From Longimicrobiales bacterium (GTDB lineage: Bacteria > Gemmatimonadota > Gemmatimonadetes > Longimicrobiales > Gaopeijiaceae), in NCBI GenBank assembly GCA_965218295.1, contig CBDCKN010000003.1, positions 480,001-544,000 on the forward strand: a stretch of 64,000 nt of DNA, in the 5' to 3' direction. This document shows, in pieces, positions 37,639 to 47,619 of the stretch; within the stretch, counting starts at the first letter, position 1; every line of letters begins with the position of its first letter. Below the pieces are notes generated by a model that did no database searches, was not told the DNA's origin, and saw nothing but the letters and a program-made list of their open reading frames with translations. A program made the position numbers and the translations under genes.

Positions 37639-39369
37639 ATGGGTTCCATGAGCACGGTGGAAGCCCTCGTCGATCTGCTCGGAGAGATCGACGGAAGAGG
37701 ATACAAGGCCTACAAGGCCCTCCGCGGCATCTGGGCCTTTCCCGACTTCGTTCTGCACGTGGACCACGTGCAGGGGGACCCCTTCGCCGCGCCGAGCCGT
37801 GTACGGGCTCTCCTGCCCGCGGACACCACGGGGCTGGCATCGGTGGCTTGCGCTACCGCCTCCCGCCGCCTCGGCGTGGCCAGCCTGCTGGCCCGACGTT
37901 TTCATCGGGTGGCACTCGCTACCATGAAACCCCGGGGGATCGGCAAGAGCGGCGTCATCGAGATCGAGAGCCCGGGCCAGGAGGTCGTGGCCCACACGGC
38001 GTTGATCGTGGCCGAAGACGGCAGCCTGGAGGCGCGGTTCACGGTGGGCCTCCCCGCGTCCGGCCGCCGGGTGCTGGGCGGGGAGGCGGTGGCCCTCCTC
38101 GCGGAGGACGTCCCGGCCGTGGTGAATGCGAGCCTTCGCCAGGAGTCCGTGGGAGCCGACGAGGTGCTACGCCACGCCCTCACCAACGAGGACGCCGAGG
38201 CGCTGCGTGCCTCCCTCGAGGCTCATGGGTGGGTAGCGTTCGTGGCCGACGGATCGTCCCTGCCACGGCGGAGCGGCATCGACGACCGGCCACTCGCGGG
38301 GGATGCGGCTGTGCCCTTCACCGCTCCCGAAAGTCTCTCGGCCAGCGTCGAGCTACCCAACGCCGGCACGCTGACGGGCATGGCTCTACCCCGAGGCGTG
38401 AGCCTCGTCGTCGGAGGAGGCTATCACGGAAAGAGCACACTGCTCCGCGCCCTCGAGGGGGGAGTCTACAACCACCGCCCCGGCGATGGTCGCGAGTTCG
38501 TGGTATCCGATCCGGGAGCGGTGAAGATCCGAGCCGAGGACGGCCGCTCCGTGTCGGGGGTGGACATCTCTCCCTTCATCGACGGACTCCCGCAGGGCCA
38601 GGACACGCACGCGTTCTCCACGCCCAACGCATCCGGGTCCACCAGCCAGGCCACCTCGATCATGGAGGCCCTGGAGGCCGGCGCCACCACGCTGCTCATC
38701 GATGAAGACACGGCTGCCACGAATTTCATGATCCGCGATCGCCGCATGCAGGCCCTCGTTCCCAAGTCGGGAGAGCCCATAACCCCCTTCATCGACCGGG
38801 TGAGAGCGCTGTGGGAGGAGCGGGGCATCAGCTCCGTGATCGTTCTCGGCGGAAGTGGAGACTATCTGGATGTGGCTGACACGGTGGTGGCCATGAAGGA
38901 GTTCCGCCCCCGTGACGTGACCGAGGAGGCTCGCCGCGTCGCCGAGGAACTCCCCACCGGACGCCACCCTGAGAACCCGAGCCCCATGGGGCCGTTTCCG
39001 TGCCGTGCCCCGGTCCCGGGCTCCGTGGATCCCAGCAGAGGCCGGCGCGAGGTGGATCTCAAGGTCCGCGACCGGGAGACCCTCGTGTTCGGGAGGCAGG
39101 TCATCGATCTTTCGGCCGTATCGCAGCTGGTATCACGAGCGCAGACGAGGGCCGTGGGAGGGGCTCTGGTGCTGGCCCGGGAGAAATTCATGGACGGGCA
39201 GCGGTCGGTGGGTGAGATTTCCGACCTGGTTTCGCGTATGATTGAGAATGAGGGTCTCGACGCTCTGGACGAGCGGCGGACCGGCGATCTGGCCGCATTC
39301 CGGCCTTTGGAGTTCGCCGCCACCCTCAACCGGCTGCGCACCCTGGAAGTGAACGTGCACACAGGCTGA
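37639..39369 (+). CDS. Predicted ATPase of the ABC class (ABC_ATPase family)
   Basis: DHVQGDPFAAPS, LPRRSG, GGGYHGKST, IRAEDGR, ASGSTSQA and LIDEDT.ATNFM. Confidence 0.9.
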   Translation: MGSMSTVEALVDLLGEIDGRGYKAYKALRGIWAFPDFVLHVDHVQGDPFAAPSRVRALLPADTTGLASVACATASRRLGVASLLARRFHRVALATMKPRGIGKSGVIEIESPGQEVVAHTALIVAEDGSLEARFTVGLPASGRRVLGGEAVALLAEDVPAVVNASLRQESVGADEVLRHALTNEDAEALRASLEAHGWVAFVADGSSLPRRSGIDDRPLAGDAAVPFTAPESLSASVELPNAGTLTGMALPRGVSLVVGGGYHGKSTLLRALEGGVYNHRPGDGREFVVSDPGAVKIRAEDGRSVSGVDISPFIDGLPQGQDTHAFSTPNASGSTSQATSIMEALEAGATTLLIDEDTAATNFMIRDRRMQALVPKSGEPITPFIDRVRALWEERGISSVIVLGGSGDYLDVADTVVAMKEFRPRDVTEEARRVAEELPTGRHPENPSPMGPFPCRAPVPGSVDPSRGRREVDLKVRDRETLVFGRQVIDLSAVSQLVSRAQTRAVGGALVLAREKFMDGQRSVGEISDLVSRMIENEGLDALDERRTGDLAAFRPLEFAATLNRLRTLEVNVHTG

Positions 39370-39454
39370 CGGAGTCGGCTCGCCCCCTCGGCTGGACCCG
39401 TCGCCTTCGTATTCTGGTGCCCCCACGGGGGCGCTCATCCGATAAGGAAGAGTC

Positions 39455-42220
39455 ATGTGTTCGCCTGTCCGCTGTTCCACCTACAGCCCCCTAGCCGCCC
39501 TGGCCATCCTCGCCCTGCTGGCGACCGCTCCGCTGTCGGCCCAGGAGGTCACTCGCGTCACCGAGGTCGAGGGGATCACAGAATACAGCCTCGACAATGG
39601 CCTGCGCTTCCTCCTTTTCCCCGACGCCAGCAAGCCGAGCGCCACCGTCAACGTCACGTATTACGTGGGCTCTCGACACGAGGGGTACGGCGAGACCGGG
39701 ATGGCCCACCTCCTCGAGCACCTGGTGTTCCAGGGGACGCCCGACCATCCGGACATCACGGAGGAGCTCACGGAGCGGGGGGCCCGCCCGAACGGCACCA
39801 CCTCCTGGGACCGCACCAACTACTACGAAACGTTTCCCGCCACGGAGGACAACCTGGAGTGGGCCCTGGACTTCGAAGCCGACCGCATGGTCAACTCCTT
39901 TATCGCCGCCGAGGATCTCGACTCGGAGATGACGGTGGTCCGGAACGAGATGGAATCGAGAGAGAACAGCCCCTTCGGCATCCTGCTGGACCGGACGTTC
40001 TCTACCGCCTATCTGTGGCACAACTACGGGAAGTCGATCATCGGTGCGCGCTCCGATGTGGAGAGCGTGCCCATCGACCGGCTCCAGGCGTTCTACAGGA
40101 AGTACTACCAGCCCGACAACGCCTTGCTGATCGTGACGGGGAAATTCGATGAGGAGCGGGTCCTAGAGCTCATCGTCGATACGTTCGGGCAGATCCCCAA
40201 GCCGGATCGTTCCGGAGCCAACACGCTCTGGGAGACATATACCCGTGAGCCCGTGCAGGACGGAGAGCGCATGGTCACGCTCCGGCGCGTCGGAGACATC
40301 CAGGTGGTCATGATGTCGTACCATGTCCCTCCGGGCTCCCACCCCGATTATGCGGCCGTGGACCTCCTGGTGCAGGTGGTGGGAGACCAGCCGTCGGGCC
40401 GGCTGTACAAGGCTCTGGTGGAGCCTGGGCTCGCCGCGTCTGCGGGAGCCTTCTCCTACCAGCTTCGTGAGGCCGGGCCCCTGCTCACCTACGCCCAGGT
40501 TCGTGCCGAGGACGATCTCCAGGCGACCTGGAACGCCATGGGCGAGGCCCTCGAGGGAGTGATTCGCGATCCGGTCACGGGCGAGGAGGTCGAGCGGGCC
40601 AGGGCCGCTTTGCTCAAGAGCGTGGAGCAGGTCTTCAACAACCCGGAGCGCATCGCGATTCAGCTCAGCGAATGGGCCTCCATGGGCGACTGGCGGCTCT
40701 TCTTTCTGCACCGAGACAGGATCGAGACGGTGGAGCCCGCCGACGTACGGCGAGTGGCCGCCGAATACCTCAAGCCCGACAACCGAACCGTGGGGCTCTT
40801 CTACCCGACCGAGGAGCCGGATCGCGCCGAGATTCCCGAGCTCCCGGACATCGCGACGGAGCTGGAAGGATACACCGGTCGAGAGGCCGTGGCCGGCGGC
40901 GAGGAGTTCGATCCGTCGCCGGCGAACATCGAGGACCGGACCACCCGGTACACCCTGGCCAATGGGATGAAGGTCGCTTTTCTCCCCAAGTCGACCCGCG
41001 GCCAGACCGTGGTGGCCCGCTTCCGCGTGATCCTGGGTGACGAGGAGTCTCTGACCGGCCGCACCGCCGCCGGGAGTATGGCCGGTGCCATGCTGATGCG
41101 GGGCTCCAGCGGACACACGCGTCAAGAGATCCAGGACGAGCTCGATCGGCTGAAGGCCTCCGGATCCGTCGGGGGAAGCGTGACCCAAGCCTCGGGTCAG
41201 ATACAGACGACCCGCGAGAACCTGCCAGCGGTGCTGCGACTCCTGTCGGAGATCATCCGGGAGCCGACCTTCCCCACCGCCGAGTTCGAGACGCTCAAGG
41301 AGCGGCGCCTGTCGGGCCTCGAACAGCAGCGCTCAGACCCCATCGCCCAGGCGCAGATCGCCCTCGGCAGACACATGAATCCGGTGCCCCCGGGCCACCC
41401 GAGCTACACGGAGACCGTGGAAGAAGCCGTCGCCGCCATGGAGGCCGTCACCCTTGATGACGCCGAAGCATTCTACAATGACTTCTACGGTCCTCAACTG
41501 GGAACGCTGGCGCTCGTCGGCGATTTCGACGAGGTCGAGATGCGAGCGGTCATCGAAGAGGCCTTCGGGAACTGGGAGAGCCCGCACACGGCCACGCGGG
41601 TGGCCACCGAGTTCTACGACCCACCAGCCGAGAACCTCCAGATCGAGACCCCGGACAAGGCGAACGCCATCTTCTTCGCTCAGCAGACCCTGGCCCTCCG
41701 GGACGACAACCCCGACTACGCGGCCCTGTTGCTGGGGGGCTACATGATCGGGGGCGGTGTGCTGAACTCGCGACTGGCGAAGCGCATCCGCCAAGAGGAT
41801 GGGCTCAGCTACCAGTTGGGTGGCAGCATCAGCGGTCATCCCATCGACGAATCGGGCGCGTTCTTTGCGTTCGCCCTCTACGCACCGGAGAACGCGGAGA
41901 AGCTGGAGGCCGCGTTCCGCGAAGAGATCCAGAAGGTCCTCGACGAAGGGTTCCTCGCCGACGAGCTGGAGATCGCGAAGCAGGGATACCTACAGTCGCG
42001 CCAGCTGAGCCGAGCCCAGGACCCGTCCCTGGTGGGCGCCCTCACACAAGGCTTGTACCTCGACCGTACCCTCATGTGGGATGCCGAGCAGGAGGAGCGT
42101 ATTCAGGCTCTCACGGTCGAGGAGATCAACTCGGCCGTGCGTCGATACCTGGACTTGAGTAAGATGACTATCGTGAAGGCGGGCGACTTCGAGGGCGCCA
42201 AAGCGAAGGTGATCCCCTAG
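39455..42220 (+). CDS. M16 (pitrilysin/PqqL-like) zinc protease with signal peptide
   Basis: Inverted zinc motif HLLEH, NGTT..DRTNY, VVRNE, FY.KYY.PDN and SRL..RIR. Confidence 0.93.
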   Translation: MCSPVRCSTYSPLAALAILALLATAPLSAQEVTRVTEVEGITEYSLDNGLRFLLFPDASKPSATVNVTYYVGSRHEGYGETGMAHLLEHLVFQGTPDHPDITEELTERGARPNGTTSWDRTNYYETFPATEDNLEWALDFEADRMVNSFIAAEDLDSEMTVVRNEMESRENSPFGILLDRTFSTAYLWHNYGKSIIGARSDVESVPIDRLQAFYRKYYQPDNALLIVTGKFDEERVLELIVDTFGQIPKPDRSGANTLWETYTREPVQDGERMVTLRRVGDIQVVMMSYHVPPGSHPDYAAVDLLVQVVGDQPSGRLYKALVEPGLAASAGAFSYQLREAGPLLTYAQVRAEDDLQATWNAMGEALEGVIRDPVTGEEVERARAALLKSVEQVFNNPERIAIQLSEWASMGDWRLFFLHRDRIETVEPADVRRVAAEYLKPDNRTVGLFYPTEEPDRAEIPELPDIATELEGYTGREAVAGGEEFDPSPANIEDRTTRYTLANGMKVAFLPKSTRGQTVVARFRVILGDEESLTGRTAAGSMAGAMLMRGSSGHTRQEIQDELDRLKASGSVGGSVTQASGQIQTTRENLPAVLRLLSEIIREPTFPTAEFETLKERRLSGLEQQRSDPIAQAQIALGRHMNPVPPGHPSYTETVEEAVAAMEAVTLDDAEAFYNDFYGPQLGTLALVGDFDEVEMRAVIEEAFGNWESPHTATRVATEFYDPPAENLQIETPDKANAIFFAQQTLALRDDNPDYAALLLGGYMIGGGVLNSRLAKRIRQEDGLSYQLGGSISGHPIDESGAFFAFALYAPENAEKLEAAFREEIQKVLDEGFLADELEIAKQGYLQSRQLSRAQDPSLVGALTQGLYLDRTLMWDAEQEERIQALTVEEINSAVRRYLDLSKMTIVKAGDFEGAKAKVIP

Positions 42221-42435
42221 TTGGAGTTCTCTTCGTCGGAGTATCCACCCTCGGAGAGGAGCTCTCTTAGGCGGCCCTCGCGCTCCGGCAAGTGCGTCTT
42301 CGAGATAGCCGTGGCGAGGACGATGCGGTCTTCATCCGAGACCTTGTCCAACGTGCTGATTGGGGCGCCGTAGCGCAGGAGGATGCGCTTGGCATCAACG
42401 ACTACTGAATCGGTAACGACTACTGAATCGGTCAC
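42217..42435 (-). CDS. Small hypothetical protein
   Basis: GTG start with a GAGGAGG RBS, 72 aa (DAKRILLRYGAPI). Confidence 0.65.
   Translation of the reverse strand: MTDSVVVTDSVVVDAKRILLRYGAPISTLDKVSDEDRIVLATAISKTHLPEREGRLRELLSEGGYSDEENSN
42397..42432. repeat. Perfect 18-bp tandem duplication
   Basis: aacgactactgaatcggt twice, duplicating TDSVVV at the start of the small ORF. Confidence 0.9.
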
Positions 42436-42524
42436 TTAACCTCCTCGGATCAGCCGTGGACCGTAGACGTGAAACCGGCTAAATGTAATTTCTTCTACCA
42501 CTTGAGCCAACGGATGCCTCACGC

Positions 42525-43823
42525 GTGACCCCGCTGGTCCGATACTCGGGCGCCGTCCTCGTTCCAGTGGCCATCGGCGTATTGACCGGTCTCTGGGTGA
42601 CTGCCTCGGCCTTCGAGCGACTGCAGAGGGAGGCCGATCTTCGCATAGCGGCCTCGGCCACGGACCTCATCCAGCAGGGGATGGGCGTAGCACGCGACGC
42701 CCTGCTGGAGGAGGCGGAGGCCGTCCAGCCGACTCGTCCATACGCACCGGCGGTCGAGGCGGCCCTGCGCGGCGACACGGTGCTGGCTCTCGGCAGCTCG
42801 GAAGAGAGCCTCCAGCTCACCGTGGCGTACGGCGAGGGGCCCCTGGTCCGGGTTGCGACGGGCCCGTTTCGGCCCACGGTGCTCGAGGTGCTTCCGAGCA
42901 TCGCCGGGTACCGGCTTGCACTCTACCTGCGCGGCAGGCGCACGATGACGACGGTGCCGACGTTCAGCCCCGCAGTGCTGCACGCGGAGGTCCTCCTTGC
43001 GCTGGCCCGTCAAGCCGAGGGGATTGCTCTGGAGTTGGACGGGGTCGCAGGTGCTTTGCGGGCCTTCCAGACCATCCCGGGTCGTCCGTCGGACGTTGCA
43101 GTGCTGGCGGCAGCCGAGGACGACACGAGCATCGAGGCCGCTGGCATGACCGCTCCCGTCACGGTATTGATGGTGGTCCTGTTGTTGTCCGGCTTCGCCG
43201 CCTGGACCACCCACAACCCCCGTCGGCCGTCGGTTCCTATTGCGGGGCCGGTCGAGCAATCGACCCTCCAGTGGTCGCTGGTGGTGCTGGTGCCCGTGAT
43301 CGCCGGTGTGGCCATCGTACTTTCCCTGGATCGGGACTACCGGCAGAGTGCCGCCGCGAGCATGCGGGACCAACTGAATCGGGCGATCATTCTGGTCAAG
43401 CAGGTCGATCGGATCAGCTCCGTCTCAGCCGCGGGAGCCATTACCGGATTCGATGCGGCCCGGCTTCGGGCCGGTGGAGTCGAGGCGGCGACACGGGACG
43501 ATGTCGAGCTGATCAGCCAACTAGCGGAGCTACGTCCCCCTCCCCCGAGCTTCACGTCGTCCGGTGTCATGGACGTCGACGGCGACACCCGATTCTACTC
43601 GGCGGCACGGACCCCCGGCGGTGCCACTCTGGTCTTGATCGGACCCACGATGACCAGGCAGTTGCTCGATGTCCGCCGGAGCCTTGGCCTCGGGGGCCTG
43701 CTGATCCTCCTACCCCCGCTGCTGTTCCTCTGGCTGTCAGAGCATCCCGGCTCGGAGTCGGCTTCCGAAGGGCCTGACGACGAGCCTCCTACCGGAGACC
43801 GAGCCTCGGGTGCAACCTACTAG
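42525..43823 (+). CDS. Hypothetical membrane protein with 4 TM segments and two extracytoplasmic domains
   Basis: Hydrophobic segments near aa 8-28, 205-225, 248-268 and 388-405. Confidence 0.65.
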   Translation: MTPLVRYSGAVLVPVAIGVLTGLWVTASAFERLQREADLRIAASATDLIQQGMGVARDALLEEAEAVQPTRPYAPAVEAALRGDTVLALGSSEESLQLTVAYGEGPLVRVATGPFRPTVLEVLPSIAGYRLALYLRGRRTMTTVPTFSPAVLHAEVLLALARQAEGIALELDGVAGALRAFQTIPGRPSDVAVLAAAEDDTSIEAAGMTAPVTVLMVVLLLSGFAAWTTHNPRRPSVPIAGPVEQSTLQWSLVVLVPVIAGVAIVLSLDRDYRQSAAASMRDQLNRAIILVKQVDRISSVSAAGAITGFDAARLRAGGVEAATRDDVELISQLAELRPPPPSFTSSGVMDVDGDTRFYSAARTPGGATLVLIGPTMTRQLLDVRRSLGLGGLLILLPPLLFLWLSEHPGSESASEGPDDEPPTGDRASGATY

Positions 43824-43885
43824 CCTCGACGATCGTCTCACTCGCTCAACTACCAGTGCACCAGCCACTACGACCAAAAGGGTTG

Positions 43886-44071
43886 CTACCCCTGCTGCTC
43901 CCGCCAGAGCCAAACGGCGAGTCCGCCGGGTCCGATGATAGCGAGCACGCTGGCCCACAGCGGCACCTCGAAACCGCCGGCTGTGACCGTCACCCGGAAC
44001 AGCAATCGCAGCACGTGGAGGACCGCGATAGCCGAGAGAAAGAGCGTTGCGATCAGGGCCGCGGGTTTCAT
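43886..44071 (-). CDS. Small two-TM membrane protein
   Basis: GGAAGGAG RBS, AVLHVLRL...VPLWAS. Confidence 0.7.
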   Translation of the reverse strand: MKPAALIATLFLSAIAVLHVLRLLFRVTVTAGGFEVPLWASVLAIIGPGGLAVWLWREQQG

Positions 44072-44108
44072 GGCGTGACTCCTTCCGTTTGCGCCTCAGC
44101 GCGGCGGC

Positions 44109-44636
44109 TCACTTCACTCCGAGGCTGGCGTAGAGCCGCTTGACCATCTGGATCTGGCCGGCGTGATAGGTGTCGTGCAGGACGATCCCCATGAGTAGGT
44201 CGGCATAGGTGTATTCGCTCTGTCCGCCCGACAGCTCGTCCAGGCGCGACGGATGGAAGTCTCGCATCGCCTCGAGGAGCAGAGTGTGATACTCGCGCAC
44301 GAAGGCCCGGTCCTCCTTCCAGGAGCTCGCCGTGATCTCCTCGGGCGGAGCCGGCCAGTTGGAGGGTGAGCGGGGGAATCCGCCGTGGGCTCCTCCCGTG
44401 ATCCTGCGCCGAATCGCGTAGTTCCAGTAGGCGATATGTAAGGTCAGATCCCAGATGCTGTGCCGGTCGGGCGCCGGCCTCCACGCGGCCTCTTCCGGTT
44501 TCACTCCCCGGAGTGCCCCGAGCACGCTGGCGCCGCCATGCCACAGCTTCGTGCCCGCCGGTGGGTCGAAGAGCCCGATCGTCATCTCGAGCCTGCCGTC
44601 TTCCAGGTGCGCCATCACACTATTCCGCCTACCCAT
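44109..44636 (-). CDS. DinB family protein
   Basis: WHGG, HSIWDLTLHIAYW and HDTYHAGQI. Confidence 0.88.
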   Translation of the reverse strand: MGRRNSVMAHLEDGRLEMTIGLFDPPAGTKLWHGGASVLGALRGVKPEEAAWRPAPDRHSIWDLTLHIAYWNYAIRRRITGGAHGGFPRSPSNWPAPPEEITASSWKEDRAFVREYHTLLLEAMRDFHPSRLDELSGGQSEYTYADLLMGIVLHDTYHAGQIQMVKRLYASLGVK

Positions 44637-45168
44637 ACTTGGCCACGAGCGTGCGAACCGTCTTCATGTTCCGCATGGTGTTCGGCACGTTCCCTGTCGC
44701 CTTCGCCAGGCTCGCCCCGAACAAGGGCGAGTCGGTGAGCTTGCCCTTGATGAGCCAGTAGATCTCACGGCGGGAGATCTGGAAGTCGTCCATTGGAGTC
44801 CCGAGGTCGTCGAAGCGCTCACACGACTCGGCGTCGGGCGGAGCAGGCAAGAAGATCACATAGAGCGAGTCGTCCGGTCCCTCCTCGCCCCATGGCGCAA
44901 AGGGTTCGAACGCCGCGATCGCTGCGAGCTCCGATGGAGATCGAATGAAGGTTGCCACCTCGTAGCCGAGCTGCTGTTCGAGATGGCGCTCGATCTCGCG
45001 TTCCAGAGCGGCGGGGTCGGTGGACTGCCCAGTGAAGATCACGTTCCCGCTCGCGATGAACGTGGTGACATCCGAGAACCCGAGCTCTTCGAAGAGCTCG
45101 CGGAGTCGGTCCATCTTCACCCGATGGCCGCCCACGTTGATCCCTCGTAGGAAAGCGATATAGCGCAC
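44629..45168 (-). CDS. DUF1697 family protein
   Basis: YIAFLRGINVGG, V.TFIASGNVIF and T.RN..T. Confidence 0.9.
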   Translation of the reverse strand: MRYIAFLRGINVGGHRVKMDRLRELFEELGFSDVTTFIASGNVIFTGQSTDPAALEREIERHLEQQLGYEVATFIRSPSELAAIAAFEPFAPWGEEGPDDSLYVIFLPAPPDAESCERFDDLGTPMDDFQISRREIYWLIKGKLTDSPLFGASLAKATGNVPNTMRNMKTVRTLVAKYG

Positions 45169-45170
45169 CC

Positions 45171-46107
45171 GTGTACATTACTACCGCTGTCATCGGGGCT
45201 GGCCATGCGGGGTTGGCCATGAGCCGCTGCCTCGCCCACCGCTCGATCGACCATGTGGTCCTCGAGCGGGGCGAGGAGCCACCCGGCTCGAGCTGGTCCG
45301 GGTTGCGGTAATCCATCGGCGTGAGCATCGCGATCGAGGACGGCACCGCTCGTGCTGGTCGTCGGCGCCTCGGCCACCGGCACACAGATCGCCGATGAGG
45401 TCCACCGTTCGGGCCGGCCCGTGACCCTCGCGGCGGGCGAGCACATCCGGGCGCCCCGCGTCTATCGGGGCAAGGACATCGAGTGGTGGATGGACGTCGC
45501 CGGGGTGCTCGACGACCACTATGAAGAGGAGGACAACCTAGCCCGGGCTCGAAGCGTGCCGTCGCTGCAGCTCGCGGGCTCCGATGAGCGTCGGACCGTC
45601 GATCTCAACTCCCTGACGGACATCGGCGTGAAGCTCATCGGTCGCCTTGCCGGTATCAACGACGGCAAGGCACAGTTCTCCGGATCGCTGCGGAATCAGT
45701 GCGCGATGTCCGACCTCAAGATGAACAGGCTACTCGACAGGATCGACGAGTGGGCGACCGAAGAAGCGATCGACGACCAAGTCGATCCGCCGCACCGCTT
45801 CGAGCCGACCAGGATCGAGGCATCGCCGCCGCTCGGCATGGACCTCAACTCCGGTGAGATCCAGACCATCCTCTGGGCCACCGGGTTCCGCCCCGACCAT
45901 GCGTGGCTCGACGTGCCGGTCTTCGACCGCAAGGGCCGCATCCGGCACGACGGTGGGGTCGTCGAGGCCCCCGGCATGTACTTGATGGGGATCCCGTTCC
46001 TCCGGCGTCGCAAGTCGAGCCTCATCGACGGCGCCGCCGACGATGCTCGTGACCTGAGCGTCCACCTGGCGTCCCACCTCGACGAAATCTCCACACCCCG
46101 CCCCTGA
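45171..46107 (+). pseudogene. Flavin-containing monooxygenase-like oxidoreductase with an internal deletion and a local inversion
   Basis: N-terminus VIGAGHAGLAMS...VVLERGE at 45171-45275, an inverted segment at 45276-45351, then VLVVGASATG...WATGFRPD...RRRKSSLIDG. Confidence 0.85.
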
Positions 46108-46149
46108 CGGGCGAGCCGATCACCACGCCACACCCCTGACGACTGGGGC

Positions 46150-46857
46150 TCACGGGAGTGAAGCGAAGACACAGGTATTCCCATCATTCGTCGGGATGGC
46201 TCCCACGGCCGCGCCTATGTTGTAGAACCAGTGGTATCCTTCCAGCCCCAGATCCCTCCAATAGCCGTAGATGGACGCCGTGGTATGAGTGACCGTGTAG
46301 TCGAGATCGGCTTCCAGCATCCTCGCGAGGCGCGATCGAACGCCGTCAGCCCCGATCACGAGATCGGTAGCCACCTCGGTCTCGTGTCTGTCGGCTCCGG
46401 CGATCTTCGCGCCGCGGACCCGACCATCGGGAGCTCGGAGGAGGCCGACCACCGACTGACCGTGCACGACCTCGGCACCGGCAGCCTGCGCGGCGTCGAC
46501 GAGCACGCGGTCCACGACGGTCCGCCGCGGAGCATACAGGGCGTCGACACCGTCCCGCGGCTTGATCGAGACTTTGATGGGCTCGGAACCGTAATGGAAA
46601 GTGGTCTTCCGGATTGCGGGCGTCTCGGCCGACCGGATGGCATCCAGCAGGCCCCAGCGGTGCAGTTGGAGCACTCCGGCCCGCATGAGCGCGTGAGTCG
46701 ACAAGGTGTCGCTGCCACGCTTGGTCGGGTCGACCACGAGGACTCGCAACCCCCGACGGGCCAGGAGCATCGCGGTGGACGCACCCGCGCAACGCGCACC
46801 GGCAATGACGACGTCGTAGCGGCTCTGCGTGATCGGCGACTGCACGGTGGAGGACAT
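46150..46857 (-). pseudogene. FAD-dependent oxidoreductase (geranylgeranyl reductase-like), C-terminally truncated
   Basis: YDVVIAGARCAGA, DTLSTH, APRR and VIGADG. It ends at 235 aa with no GDA motif. Confidence 0.75.
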
Positions 46858-46899
46858 GGATTGGAACTTGTGGCTTAGCTACACGGTCATCAAGCGGAA

Positions 46900-47071
46900 T
46901 CCCTTCAGTGGGTCAGGTGCTCGGTTCGTTCCGGACCCTATCCCAACCGGCTCCGAGTGGTACGAAAGCGTGGTCGCCGTCGCGGAGTTCGAGGGGGACG
47001 AAGTCGTCGAGATCCGCCTCTATCCGATCGAGCATCTCCCCGGGCTCTCGGCACCGTTTGGCACCCGGTAA
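46900..47071 (+). pseudogene. CapA/PGA_cap family C-terminal remnant
   Basis: WYESVVAVAEFEGDEVVEIRLYPIE resembles CapA-family C-termini. No N-terminal part is present. Confidence 0.5.
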
Positions 47072-47078
47072 CGGGACA

Positions 47079-47520
47079 CTAGCTTCCGGAGATGGCCGAA
47101 AGATCGACCCAGCTGCGCGACGCCAGTGGCCGCACCCGCGTGAGGCTCGAGTTGATGACGGCCCGGCTCACCGCGCACGTCGAATTCGTGACAACCGATC
47201 CGCCCACGAGAGCCTGGGCTTCGAAGCTGGCGTTGCTGGCCATGACCCCACCGTAGACCCGGTTCCTCGAGCCCTGGGTCGACATGCTTCCCTGTACGAT
47301 TATGATGCCGTAGAAGACGAAGTTACCCCGTAGATCGAGGTCTCCATCCACTAGCATGACTCCCTGGCCCACGCCTCCACCGTTGACATGGATGATGGGG
47401 TACCAGTTGAAGCACGCCGCTCCGGGGTTCTCGGGATTGCCCCAGTTGCTGGAGAACGCCTGGCCCGTATTGCAGGCACCGGCGTTAGTGCTGTCGGGAG
47501 CCGTGCCGTTGATGTTTCCG
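47079..47520 (-). pseudogene. C-terminal fragment of a PilX-like/secreted beta-solenoid protein
   Basis: GQGVMLVDGDL.L.GNF.FYGIIIVQG...GGV. The 5' part is replaced by integrase att-like DNA. Confidence 0.5.
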
Positions 47521-47588
47521 CCAGCGAGGCGGATGCTCGTAGATCCGTATCCTGTTGCGAATATTCCAGTTACGAGATTGACTGGCTG

Positions 47589-47612
47589 GATTCCCGCCAC
47601 TTGATTCCCGCC
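47589..47612. repeat. Tandem 10-bp direct repeat, candidate integrase arm-type sites
   Basis: GATTCCCGCC at 47589-47598 and 47603-47612, just past the integrase stop codon. Confidence 0.6.
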
Positions 47613-47619
47613 GATTGGA

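Noticed and set aside
47079..47600. The 173-aa ORF as an intact gene
   Set aside because: Its first ~25 codons are integrase att-arm DNA fused to a gene fragment.
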